A stretch of 64,000 nucleotides of DNA from Octopus sinensis (GCF_006345805.1 NC_043011.1:5642001-5706000); one strand, 5' to 3'. Counted from the stretch's first letter, positions 12,165-24,172 are shown. Numbers and translations: made by a program. Notes: generated by a model not told the origin, from the sequence alone.

Positions 12165-12759
12165 CTAGCTGCGCCCTGTTTGCCTACTCACTGGCTTACC
12201 TGTCGTAGGGAACTCCGAACATATTCATCAACACAGGCAAGGTCATACCGTATTCGATCGGCGTTCAGCAGGGTGATCCATTTGGCCCCCTCCTATTCGC
12301 TCTTGGGGAGGACAACATTGCTTGGACCATCACAGCACCTTTCATCGTCTGGTACCTGGACGATGGGACGATAGATGGGCCAACAGAGAGTATCTGCTAC
12401 GATCTCAGAGCAGTAATGCCTGCTCTAGCGAGGATAAACTCATCCAAGTCGGAGGTTGTGAACATCAACTACGACGCAGAAGGCTTTGCGGCGTCCATCT
12501 CGGACGTACGTTCACTACTTCACCAGGTACAGGTGATCTCAAAAGAGGACGTCCTTATCCTCGGTTTACCGATGCTGCTGCCTGCCATTCGCCCCACCCT
12601 CAGGTCTAAGCTCCGCCAGTTTGAAAGGCTGACGTGCACACTGATGACGATCGACATCCACCCAGAACTGTTCCAATTAAAGAACTGCTTCGCCCTGCCG
12701 AAGCTATTGCATATCTTCCGCAGTGTCCCTTGCCACAGCTACGTATCTTTTCTTATGGA
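12165..12759 (+). mobile_element. CRE-clade-like non-LTR retrotransposon RT fragment
   Basis: GVQQGDPFGPLLF, WYLDDGTIDG, INSSKSEV, CFALPKLLHIFRSVP motifs with frameshifts. Confidence 0.75.
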
Positions 12760-12944
12760 TTTTGGTGCCTGTATTCAACGGTTCGCTGAAGAGGTACACA
12801 TTGGCAAACGGCGGCATGAAGACATTCAGCAAGAATTTGCTTTTACCTCCCTTGTTCTCTTGTTGAAGACTCCATGAAAAAGTAACAGTAGTTGATTAAT
12901 GTAGATTTTTAGGTAATATGTGGAGTAGAGAAGATAGCTTTTGC

Positions 12945-13385
12945 CATAATATAATATAATAATGAAATTATTGTATACAGTGTTCAGGTGCCCCACAACT
13001 TGTCAGACAGTGCATATAAAGCACATGCAGTAGTGTACAAATGTCTGTGAAGTGAACAGTGTATGAGTCAGATACATGCTTGTGTGCGTATGGAGGGGAG
13101 AAAATCAGGTGTAGTCTTGGCGAATCTCAGGAAGCAAGGAAGTTTTGAAGGATGCAGTGCTCTGACAACTAACAACTGATGCCGGCAGTTTGTTCCATGT
13201 TTCAGCAACTCTCAGCGTGAAAAAATGTTTCCTAAAGTCATGGGAGCTGTGCTGTTTTCTGACTTTGTAAACATGTCCACAGGTGTTAGATGGGTGGAGT
13301 TTGAAAAGGTGCTCAGAGTTATTGTTTGTGCGATGGTTGATAATTTTATGGGTGTCTGCCAGAAGAACGATTAGGAAGTAGTTAG
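12945..13385 (-). mobile_element. CR1/L2-type LINE 3' end with UTR
   Basis: Minus strand GHVYKVRKQHSSHDFRKHFFTLRVAETWNKLPASVV...FK; the same UTR occurs at 24640-24830. Confidence 0.85.
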
Positions 13386-13819
13386 TTGTGTGAAGCTTAT
13401 TGAAAGAGATGTTATTTATATGTTAAAATTAGTATTTGAGAAGACTTATATTTGTAAAGTCAGTGATTGTAGAAGAGGGGATTTGTATATATATATAGTG
13501 TGCGGCTGTGACTGTGGCACGGGAGTTAACCATGACCCTTTTAGGTGGTTCTCCCAAAGTGAGGCCTTTCATTGCACTCCGGTTGGGTTGACCTTTGCGA
13601 TCGCCTCAAATGCGGGAGACTCAGGTACACTATTTCTAAGTATGAGGCCTGCGTTCGCACTCATCACGTCATATAATTCAAATATAGAATCTAAACGCAT
13701 TAACGCAAATATAGAATCTAACGCTGTCAAATGCGAAATTGCTTGCTTTTTTCCGCAATGTTCCCTTTCAATTTCTGGCTTTATCCCCATATTTACTGAT
13801 ACACCCATTGTAACCTTTC

Positions 13820-13822
13820 ATA

Positions 13823-13901
<79 letters not shown>
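13820..13901. repeat. (CT)n microsatellite
   Basis: Directly visible. Confidence 0.95.
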
Positions 13902-13906
<5 letters not shown>

Positions 13907-14122
13907 GTCTACCACAGTTCGAAACATTATTAGATACAATGTCAGTAAATATACATTATAATTGAGTGGTTGTATACTGTCAACTTAACGTGACAGTAGG
14001 GAATTACACCACCGCTGTTTAGCCCTAGGAAGCATCGACGCTTCCTGTCGGCTTCAACACATTTCCTGTGTCCTTATATATTTACGAAGGGGAGACAAAC
14101 ACCCCCAACAGCTAGGCCTGCA

Positions 14123-14169
14123 TCTAGAGACACGCATGTTTCAGGGTCTTTGCCCATCATCGGTCTAGA
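14123..14169 (-). ncRNA. Type I hammerhead-like motif, U4-to-C core variant
   Basis: TCTAGA-CCGATGA-TGGGCAAAGACCCT-GAAACATGCGTGTC-TCTAGA; 6-bp stem I, GUC triplet. Confidence 0.65.
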
Positions 14170-14542
14170 GTAGCAGAAGCCCGCTAACTGAAGATATCCG
14201 TCTCGACTTCGCAAATATATATATATCTAATTTTCAGTGAAGTTTATTCCCTGATCACCAAAATCAGAAATATTAAATTAAATTATAATTGTTTTTCATG
14301 TATTTTTTTGCTATAAAGAGAGAAACAAACTTTTTTGTGGAATATGACACGTATGTATATGATACATATATAATAGAAAACCACAAGAAAAATACAAATC
14401 CAAAACCAGGAGGAAAAATGGAAAAAAGTAACAAAGATAGGGAAAAAAAAAGAAAAGCAATTACATATGTTATATAGACCAGCGCTTTTAAACATATTTA
14501 ACCCAACAGATACCCATGGGGAGCCTTGTAGTTCTTCTGGGG

Positions 14543-14761
14543 CAGTGCTTTTCAACCAGGGTTCCGCGGAACCTTAGGGTTCCGCCAGTACAGTCCAGGG
14601 GTTCCGCAAGAAGTTACAAAACTGCTAAAATCGGCAGTAATTTTTAATTCTCCTGTGCAGATATGTGTGCATAAGACTATTAAATTATTGCACAGGGGTT
14701 CCCCGAGCAAGTGGAATGTTTCCTTGGGGTTCCGCTCCTGCAAAAAGGTTGAAAAGCACTG
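14543..14761. mobile_element. hAT (Charlie-like) MITE
   Basis: 15-bp perfect TIR CAGTGCTTTTCAACC; 8-bp flanks TTCTGGGG / TTCTAGAG resemble the NTCTAGAN target. Confidence 0.85.
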
Positions 14762-15143
14762 TTCTAGAGTGTGGCCTTTCGTGTACACTCGCTCCTGTTG
14801 GGTAGACGATTCAGGAGCGCTTTTTCTAAGTGTGTGCGTGCAGTGCCAATGCACTTTCCCCGTAAAATATATTTGTGAACAGAAAATCATTACAAAATGG
14901 TTTTCTTTTGTTTTATTTTTCGCTTGCTGTGCGCTTTTCCCTTTCGTTTTTTTCTTTTTAATTTTGGTTGTGAGCATCACTAACTCTGTTTCTTTACTTC
15001 CATGCTCTTTTCTTTCTTTCTTTTAATTGAGCAATGATTTTCTGTTATCTTCTTTAAATATATCGTATTTCGGGTTTATAGAACAAAATCACCACGAAAT
15101 AATTTTATTCGAAAATCTCGCTCTGTCGCTTCTCTTGTCTAAA

Positions 15144-15484
15144 TCTCTCTATATAAAGCTGAAGTTGTCTGTGTGTGGCAGGTTTGGTGGCCTTCGACTA
15201 ACACTATCTCCTCCGAGACCCTGCGGCGCAAGTTGACCAAAATTGAGAGCATGATAGAAGAAGGCTTGTTCTTCATTCCGTAGAAGAAAAAATTCAAATT
15301 GAACCATGTTAAGACCAAAAATTATTTACATCAAAAAGGTGCTTTTTTTTTCTATGAAAATCCCTATTTTTTACGATTTTTTTACTGCTGTGTCGCCATT
15401 TTTCGGTGTATTTCAAGCAGAAAATAAGAGAATAACAAGCTACATAATGCAAAATTTCAAAAGGGTCGAAACAAATACTGCTAG
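15144..15484 (+). mobile_element. Non-autonomous Helitron-like element
   Basis: 5' TC start (TCTCTCTATATAAAG), 3' ATACTGCTAG end, A|T insertion context; termini resemble 38016-38377. Confidence 0.6.
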
Positions 15485-15654
15485 TATGATATAAATATTG
15501 CGCAAGCGCACGCACACAATACCTGAAACTTGGGAGGGAGGGGGTTGGTCGATCGCATCGCCCCCCCCCCCCCGCCAATGCTCATCGACCCTGAAAGCAT
15601 GAGAGGCAGAGTTGACCTCGTCGGAATTTGAACTCAGAACGCTGAAATTCTACT

Positions 15655-15862
15655 CAAGTGAAATATTCGTTTCTACTCTAGGCACAAGGCCCGAAATTTT
15701 GAGGGAAGGGGCCAGTCGATTAGATCGACCCCAGTACGCAACTGGTACTTAATTTATCGACCTCGAAAGGATGAAAGGCAAAGTCGACCTCGACGGAATT
15801 TGAACTTAGAAAGTAAATACGCATTTCGCCCGCAGTGCGAACGTTTCTGCTAGCTCGCCGCC
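15655..15862 (-). mobile_element. SINE family B (Deu/Nin-like core)
   Basis: Reverse complement of the core seen at 3262; a partial copy precedes it at ~15575-15645. Confidence 0.8.
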
Positions 15863-15892
15863 TTACTGAAGTGAAATAATGATAACTATATA

Positions 15893-16552
15893 CAGGGTGT
15901 TCAAAAAATCTCTCCACAGTCAATTTCTTTCATCTTGCGCATCACCATGGCGCTACTTCAAAAGTTTTTCGGTGAACGGATTTTTTCGAAGGGACTTTAG
16001 CCGTAGGAAGGACCTAGCAGATTTCCTCGCCGGGCTGCCGCGCCTATCGAGGCAGGACTCGGAGCGTTGTGAAGGGCCGATCACGCCAGAGGAAGTAATT
16101 GAGGCTATGGTGGACTGCGGCGTGCGTAAGGCGCCGGGACTAGATGGTCTACCCTATTAACAGTATAAAAGTATGCTAGACTTGTTCGGGCACCTGCTGG
16201 CGAATGTATACACGAACTGGCAACAGAATGGGTTCATTCCCAGATCTGTGCGCCGGGGAGTGGTGACGCTTGTCAGAAAGGACTCGAACAAGGGGGATTG
16301 CGTTGATAATTTTCGGCCCATCACTCTACAAAACACAGAGTTGAAGATTTTGGCCATAAGAAAAGATACGTAGCTGTGGCAAGGGACACTGCGGAAAGTA
16401 TGCAATAGCTTCGGCAGGGCGAAGCAGTTCCTTAATCACCTGATTAAACACCACCAGACATTTTGTTTCTGGGGAGCAATAAAGTATCAGTGTTCAAGAA
16501 TCGCCTGAAAACCATTAAATACTTACTGCGGAGAGACATTTTGAACACCCTG
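15893..16552 (+). mobile_element. Tc1/mariner-superfamily deletion derivative with captured LINE fragments
   Basis: 28-bp TIRs (CAGGGTGTTCAAAA...CTCTCCRCAGT), TA on both sides; the relic near 16435-16515 resembles SPDLTPxDFFxWGAIKxQVFKNRP. Confidence 0.8.
15960..16363 (+). mobile_element. Tx1/L1-clade RT N-terminal fragment inside the mariner shell
   Basis: KAPGLDGLPY, RGVVTLVRK, NFRPITLQNTELKILA; paralogous to 18600-18910. Confidence 0.85.
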
Positions 16553-16725
16553 TATATAAAACTGGGAATATATGTGTGTCTGTCCATCTGTCTGTCTGTA
16601 TGTGTGAATCACTAAAACTCGAGAACAACCCAAACGATTTCATGCAAATTTTACACATGCATTATGCTTGCGCTATATGAAAAAATGCAAAGGCGTCGCC
16701 AAAACTGGTGAGCTTGGTTCGATTT

Positions 16726-17057
16726 TTCAAATGTAAATCTTGTCCGAAATTCTTCCCTTCTGCTACCAAACTAGAGTAGCACCAAAGAAATGGAAAATGT
16801 GAGTACGAAAACAGATTTTCCTATGAACTCTGTGAGAGATATTTTGGTCGTTAAAAATCCATTATAAAGTACATTCAAAACGAGATTTTCAATGGGAATC
16901 TTGTCGTCAGGCATTTCGAAGATCTAATGATCTTTCTGTCCATGTTAGGACACATACTGTAGAAAGGAATTTCCGTTGTAAGGAATGTCCGAAAACTATT
17001 ATCACTGCTTCGCATTTATCTAAACACAAAAAGTTACACAGAGAGGGGGGAAAATGA
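16726..17057 (+). pseudogene. Decayed C2H2 zinc-finger array (about 4 fingers)
   Basis: FKCKSCPKFFPSATKLE*HQR; FQWESCRQAFRRSNDLSVHVRTH-TVERN-FRCKECPKTIITASHLSKHKKLH; two stops and one frameshift. Confidence 0.8.
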
Positions 17058-17157
17058 TGCAAATATAAAAAGAAAATAAATAAAAAGCTTAAAATCAGTA
17101 ATAAAATAATAAAAGATGTGCTTTCATAATCTGTTAATTGTTGAACTGTTTTTGCAG

Positions 17158-17424
17158 GCTGAAAAAAATACCGAATTGTTTCGGCAATTCCACGAAAGCA
17201 ATTTTGTTTTCAAAGAAGTGAATCATGACGGAAAAAGACTCCATGTATTTTGATCTTTATTTTACAAACTCTGGAGTGAGCTAAAAAAAAATAAAGTGGC
17301 AGCAACGGGATTTGAAATCAAAACAAAGAAAACTGAAAACAGATTTTGTAACTTCATCAAATGAAGTTCATTTGCTAAGTTCGAAAAGTAACAAAAGAAG
17401 AATTCTGTGGTGTTATTCTTAAAG
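17158..17424 (+). pseudogene. Possible decayed exon with a Myb/SANT-like segment
   Basis: Bounded by TTTGCAG| and AAG|GTTAGT; 267 nt; reads KLWSELKKNKVAATGFEIKTKKTENRFCNFIK; contains in-frame stops. Confidence 0.3.
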
Positions 17425-17879
17425 GTTAGTGTTGGAATTGTTGTTGAAATTGTTGTTACATTCTTTTCTTTGTGTTGTTAATAATACCGTTCTGCGTGTG
17501 GCAGACGGAGTAGCTTTTATTCTCCTCTGTGAGGGAGGAATTATCAATTTTTTTTTGTGATGTTTTTCCACAATTTATTTTGTTAAAAACGAACACTTCC
17601 TCTGTAGAGGAAAAATACTGTAAAAAGAACTGTGAAATGAACTGAAATATTAAGTATGCCGACGGCAGAAAAACTGGTCGAACCGGCAAAATACTATGCA
17701 TTGACAAAAAATGTAATAATGCAGCACCAAAACATGTTTTCAAAGGAGGGATACGACGTAAAAGCCACCCTCCCGAATGAAATTATAGAAGGAACTGCGT
17801 TAAAAATAGTCGTATTTAAAACTCTTGTTGCAAAGGAAAAGAAACTAGACAAAGCATCAAAAGAAGCATTAAAAAAATG

Positions 17880-19202
17880 CCTACTAGCAGATCCTTATAG
17901 GCTGGAATTTCCGAACGCTCCATTGTGGACATGGTCAAACAGCGACGGATCTTCCAGGTCATACCTAGATAGGATGTTAATTAGAAAAGCAAATAAGGAT
18001 ATTGTTAGGTGTCCACAGTTTTCCCGGTCAGCTACAGTGATCATAATATGGTCACCTGTACGCTCGACATAGATAAGCTATATAATAGAGGATCCCGCTA
18101 CTGGAAACTTAATACGTCCCTCTTGGCGATTAAGGAGTACAGAGACCGGATTAAGTTATTGATATAGAGGGCTTTAACCGAATCTGTTATTAATAGCAAA
18201 TGGTGGTATGCCCTCAAGGGAGCCTATTAGATATAGCACAGGTTTACTGGCTAGAGAGACTAGTAAGGGATTAGCATTAGCTAAGGACTTAAAGGAAGCA
18301 ATGGAATCTGGCTCTGCAACTCAGGTGACGGCCAAGAGACTAGCGTTAAACCAGCGCCTCGAAGCCCAACATATGGGTTGCATTGTCAGAGCTAGGATTC
18401 GTGCATTGGGTTGTGAAGGAATCAAGACAGCGGGATGGGCCCGAGTGGTTTGAAGCCCAACGTGGAAACGATGGCACAATTCGAACCAACGAGGTAAGTT
18501 GATAAACGAGTCCGAGGATGTGCGAGGTCTTTCAGGAGCACTTCGCCCAGTTTTTCTGTGTAGGCGGCGGACCGGACAGTAGGGGGGGGGGGGCTAACGG
18601 ACTTCCTCGCCGGGCTGCCGCGCCTATCGGAGCAGGACTCGGAGCATTGGGAAGGGCCGATCACGCCTGAAGAGGTAATTGTGGCTATGGCGCCGGGACG
18701 GGAAGATCTACCCTATGAACTGTATAAAAGTATGCCAGACTTTTTCGGGCACCTGCTGGCGAATGTCTACACGAACTGGCAGCGGAATGGGTTCATTCCC
18801 AGATCTGTGCGCCGGGGAGTGGTGACGCTTGTCAGAAAGGGCCCAACAAGGGGGATTGCATTGATAATTTTCGACCCATTACTCTGCTAAACACAGAGTT
18901 GAAGATTTTGGCCAAAGTGTTATCGAAAATATTGGCGCGTGTCACGGACGGCTTGATCGGGAAGGCACAGACATGTGCCGTTCCCGGTTGATCCATCCAA
19001 GATAATCTCCATCTTATACGGTACACTGTAGAGGGGTTTAATATCGATTCTGGCAAGGGATGGGCAGTGGTCCATTTAGACCAATCAAAGGCTTTTGATA
19101 GGGTCGACCATCATTACCTGGTGTCCGTTCTGGCGCGGTTCGCCTCGGTCTTGGCTTCCTGAGGTGGATCATTGAAATTTATCACAACATAGACTTGGTA
19201 GT
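17880..19202 (+). mobile_element. Tx1/L1-clade LINE ORF2, 5' part (endonuclease C-terminus and RT N-terminus), decayed
   Basis: WTWSN...RSYLDR, SDH, YWKLNTSLL, FRPITLLNTELKILAK, LDQSKAFDRVDH motifs. Confidence 0.9.
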
Positions 19203-19664
19203 ACTCGGGCGAGGCGGCCCGGCCGCGACTTTTGGTTCGGCAGTTTCTTCGTGAAGAAACTGCCGCGCTAGGAAGAGAAGGAATAGGCGTCGGCAGCGGA
19301 ACAGAGCGCGCACTGTCGAAGCCAAACGGCCGCGTTACGGTCGGAGGAGGAGGAGGAGGAGGCGCTAGGCCCTAGGCCTCCCCCAGGCCGACGCCGCGGT
19401 CGGCGAGGTAGGAAGGAAGAAAGAGTTAAATGTCATGGAGCTGCAAAGCGTGCAGCACCGTCGTCCGAGCGCCATGTGTGTCGGGCCGGCGCCGGTAGGG
19501 CGTTCCGCGGTCGGCAACAGAAAAAGTGCGGCACGTTAGTGGGCTGCCGCACTGCTGCTGCGCTGTTAGAGGGCCTAAACAAAAGTATTTGGTAGTACGC
19601 GGGCGCGGGGGCCCGGCCGAGACTTGTAGTTTTGTAGGTGGCTCGTAGTTGCGTTGTTGCGCGC
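19203..19664 (-). other. rDNA ITS1 fragment
   Basis: GC-rich sequence directly following the 18S 3' end (…GGATCATTA) on the minus strand. Confidence 0.8.
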
Positions 19665-19722
<58 letters not shown>

Positions 19723-19837
19723 AGCGATCGGGTTCGGTCGTCTTCTTCGGGCCATCAGAGAACGCACCGAGAACGACGACGCGGAACGCCGCCGCGCGTA
19801 AGCGAACTCGTCGGCCAGATCCGAGGACCTCACCTCG

Positions 19838-19871
<34 letters not shown>

Positions 19872-20217
19872 TGCGTGCGGCCCCGGACATCTAAGGGCAT
19901 CACAGACCTGGTATCGCTCCGCCTCGTGCGGCTTTCTGCCGCCTGTCCCTCTAAGAAGCGCTGCGTTCGCCAACCGACTGGCCCGGACGCGACGGCGTGC
20001 CGCCGCCGGGCTCGCGCGGGCCGACACGACCGGTTCACCGCCGCCGCTCCGCAACCGACGCCGCAACCACGCCGCGACCGCCCCGCGAGGGGGACGGCAG
20101 TCGGACGCGGCCGCAGCGCCAGACGCGAAGGAGAGCGGCGGCAACGGCAAGCCCGGGCCGCGCGCGGAGCTACCGACGACGCCTTCGGCTCCGCCACGCT
20201 ACCGGAAAAGAACTAGT
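19665..20217 (-). rRNA. 18S rRNA 3' fragment, pseudogenic (internal deletions, GC-rich expansion segments)
   Basis: Universal motifs TGATCCTTCCGCAGGTTCACCTACGGAAACCTTGTTACGACTT, GACGGGCGGTGTGTACAAAGGG and CTAAGGGCATCACAGACCTG; a large block is missing after GTACAAAGGG. Confidence 0.95.
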
Positions 20218-21868
20218 GTCCGCTCTCCCCGCTTTTGTATGTAATGGCTCTTGAGCCATTGCTGCGAAAATTGAGCGACATCCCGAGATAGCCAGGTTAT
20301 AGAGAGTCGGTTTCAGCGTACGCGGACGACATTACCATCATCGTAACCGAAATGGATCACCTACAGAGTGTAGGCGAGGCCACTGAGGAATGCGAGACGG
20401 TGGCAGGAGCAAAGGTTAATCGCGAAAAGTCAGTCGGCTTGCAGCTCGGCACCTGGAGAGGCAAGTCGATGCCTCCTGACAGCGTCGTGGGACGTTGGAC
20501 GGAAGATCCGATTAAGTTGCTAGGTTTAGACCAGGCCCCCAAGTAGAGAACTGGGCCGACGTAGCGAGCAGAGGGGCCCACATATCCAAGACCTGGTCTT
20601 GACGGTGGCTATCCCTGAAAGGGAGGGCGGAGGTGGCCAATGTGTCCATCGCATCGGTCATCACCTACCGCCTGACCGTCGTTCCCTGCCCTGATTCGTG
20701 GTTGAGCAAGCTGGAAAGACAGCTCTTCGACTTCTTGTGAAAGGGTTCGAATCCGCTTGTGAGACGCTCCATTTGCTGGCAACAACCGTTTAAAGGGTGG
20801 GCTAGGGATGCCTTGGCTGATGATGAGCTGGCACGCGCTGAGGTTGAGGTGTCTGTGGCTCCATCTGGATGGTGATCGTGTGTGGTCTCCGCTGGCGAAA
20901 CAGATGTTTCCCAAGTTCACTTGTTTCGGTGGATTGAAAACCTGGTTCTATCGTAGATCAAAGTTGGGTACATGGTGTACGGAGTGCCGTAAGGCTCTCC
21001 GGATATTCCATCTCTCAGGCAACGCCAGCGGTAGTGGTTCTACCACATTCTTCTATAGAGGGTTGGTAGAGGCGAAATGTGACGATAATCAACTGGCCAG
21101 TCTGTTCCAACGTACATTAGGGCCGAAGACACTGGATAACTTCCAGAAGTCTTTAGCATCGCAATATTACCGGGGAGCCTTACCTGTCCGAGACAAGCTT
21201 ACAAGGCATGGTGGCCCTGGCCCACCGACCTGGCCAAGATGTGGGCGGGACAGGGAAACCTTCCTGCACGCTATTGTTCAGTGTTCGGAGGTATCAGATG
21301 TGTAGGTTTATGCCGAACAACTGTTGTCAAGTACAGGATGAGTACAGCTGTCAACTGAGTCAATAGTAAATATTTTCCCACCGGATTTCCTATCGAAAGA
21401 AGGTAAGAATTGCTTTCTCATCGTAGTAGCAATTGCAAGAGAGGTGATTTGGAAGACGCGAATGAAAGGGTTAATCACAGGCATTTTTATCTCTGGCCCT
21501 GGCTTGGCAAATTTCTTCACCTTCCACCTAAGGAAGAAAAATAGGGTTAGAGAAAAAATGCCTGTCCGCGAAAATGTTCCAAGATCGATGGAAGAATGTC
21601 ACACGAATGTTGCGTGTGGATGGGACCGCATGAATACAAGGCAGGAAGAACCCAAAGTATCAGTAGTGAGACGGGGCTCGTGGGGTCTGAGCATATCCCG
21701 CCTCCCTACTCCATTCTGTATTGTTGTCTTGTATATGTTATCATTCGAACTATTAATATTTATGTAAAATTTTTAAACTCATCTTTTTGTTAACTCATCC
21801 GTGAAATCTGACCCCATATCAGATTGTAATGTCCCCTCTTTGTTGTTCCCTTGTAAGAAATAAAAAAA
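20218..21868 (+). mobile_element. Tx1/L1-clade LINE ORF2, 3' part (RT, zinc knuckle) and A-rich tail
   Basis: PLLYVMALEPLL, SAYADDIT, AKVNREKSVG, LPVRDKL..RCGRDRETFLHAIVQC; ends AAGAAATAAAAAAA. Confidence 0.9.
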
Positions 21869-21869
21869 T

Positions 21870-22265
21870 TTGCAAAATGCTTAGTGGTATTTCGTCTGCC
21901 GCTACGTTCTGAGTTCAAATTCCTCCGAGGTCGACTTTGCCTCTCATCCTTTCGGGGTCAATTAAATAAGTACCAGTTACGCACTGGGGTCGATATAATC
22001 GACTTAATCCGTTTGTCTGTCCTTGTTTGTTCCATCTGTGTGTAGCCCCTTGTGGGCAGTAAAGAAATAAGAAACGTTAGCACATCGGGCGAAATGCTTA
22101 GCGATATTTCGTCTGCCTTTACGCTCTGTGTTCAGATTCTGCCGAGGTCGACTTTGCCTTTCATCCATTGGGGGTCGATAAATTAAGTACCAGTTGCGTA
22201 CTGTTTTCGATCTAATCGACTGATCCCCCCCCAAAAAAAAATTTCGACCTTGTGCCTAGAGTAGA
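21870..22265 (+). mobile_element. Two tandem SINE family B copies
   Basis: The Deu/Nin-like core occurs twice. Confidence 0.8.
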
Positions 22266-22399
22266 AAAGTATATTTTGATAAAAGGGAAAGTTCACCTCG
22301 GAGAAAACTGAGTTCGGAATGACCAAATCCCCCAAAACATTTTGCTCGACGTTCAAACGATTCTGCCAACCCATCGCCAATGGCTTCATCTCGATATTG

Positions 22400-23239
22400 A
22401 TCTTATAATAATTCTGCTTGTCATTGCGTTACTTTACCCGTCGGTAACGCTTTCACGTGATTAGAGAAAAAGAGGGAGAGAAAAAAGAGGGAGGGAGAAA
22501 AAGAAGGAGAGAGAAGCGTCCATGACGTAAGGTAGAAGGAATGTAATTGTAACGCTTTCACGCGATTATTTGGAGGAAACGAGAGGAAAGAGAAAAAGAA
22601 GATACGGCAAAGGGTGGTTAGAAAAGTTAGTTGACGATAGAGGAGGCGAGTTAAAAATATAATTTTTGCGGAGGGGTGATGTTCTGATGGTGAAGTTAAA
22701 GAAAGACAGAGAGAGGGAGAGGGGGAGCGAGAGAGAGGGAGATGATGATGGCAGTGGTGCTGGTGGAGACGAAGTGGTTGTGATTGGATACTGAGAAGTG
22801 TGTTTTTTAAAATTGAATTAATTTTTTTTTTTTTGTATCACCTACCACTTATCGCATGCACGTAAATACAATTTCGTGAAATATTCACGCTTATTTACGT
22901 GGCAGATAAATGCAATTTAATTAAAGATTTATCATATGTACCGGACTTTTTTTTTGTCGTTTATGGGGGAAAATGGAAAAATAAGAGTGAATATTTATTT
23001 TATGTGTGCTGTGCATTAAGTCTATAAAATTGTGCGTATATATAAAGTGTATATATAAAGTGCATTAAGTAATCATCGTATTCCAATATCCTCCACTTTT
23101 CAGTGATTAGCAGATGAGCGACTAACTTTTGATACAGATACAACACAGGCTACACTTTCGGGATTTGGGGATAAAGTTTTCAGAAATAACCGAAATAAGT
23201 TTACCATTAATTCCGTGAAATATTCATGGGTCCCGCTAG
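22400..23239 (+). mobile_element. Possible non-autonomous Helitron
   Basis: 3' end CCGTGAAATATTCATGG hairpin followed by CTAG|T; the 5' boundary is uncertain. Confidence 0.35.
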
Positions 23240-23335
23240 TTAGAATCATTCACAACTTGAGTATTAAACATCATATGACGGGTAACTTTATAAGTATAGT
23301 TTTACCTCCGTAGGTAATATTAGGAAGTATAATCT

Positions 23336-23741
23336 TACTCTTTACTCTTTTACTTGTTTCAGTCATTTGACTGCGGCCATGCTGGAGCACCGCCTTTAAT
23401 CGAGCAACACGACCCCGGGACTTATTCTTTTGTAAGCCCAGTACTTATTCTATCGGTCTCTTTTGCCGAACCGCTAAGTAACGGGGACATAAACACACCA
23501 GCATCGGTTGTCAAGCAATGCTAGGGGGACAAACACAGACCCACAAACACACACACGCATATATATATATATACATATATACGACGGGCTTCTTTCAGTT
23601 TCCGTCTACCAAATCCACTCACAAGGCTTTGGTCGGCCCAAGGCTATAGTAGAAGACACTTGCCCAAGGTGCCACGCAGTGGGACTGAACCCGGAACCAT
23701 GTGGTTGGTAAACAAGCTACTTACCACACAGCCACTCCTGG
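23336..23741 (-). mobile_element. SINE family A, full length
   Basis: Near-identical to 299-709. Confidence 0.9.
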
Positions 23742-24172
23742 CAGACGTACAATTTAACTTGTACAAAATTTCTTGATGGTAACGAAAAGGATGAAATGAA
23801 TACTAATTTTCGAAAATTTGTATACACGCAAGCATGTGTGTGATGTGTATCTGGCATCCATCGACTATAAAACTTTTATCATCTTCACCATCAACTTACC
23901 ACTCTTGACGACTTCAATGTTCTGTCGACGTTAACTTCTCATGTTAACTTTCTTCCCCCTTTCTCTTTCTCCCCCTCCTCTCTCTCTCTCACTTTCCTTC
24001 TCTCTGTACAATGTAAAGCGTGAGATCAACCAATCTATCCATATCGGCTATTATCATCATACAGAGATAACGTCTGATGTTGAGACCGACGTTGAGCTGG
24101 CGTTTACTTATGCATCACGTCGCTACGGGACAGCGAATAACACCCTCTGCATGGTCTTTGGACATGCTAGAA

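Noticed and set aside
19654-20254. Arg/Ala-rich overlapping ORFs
   Set aside because: Spurious frames in GC-rich 18S rDNA.
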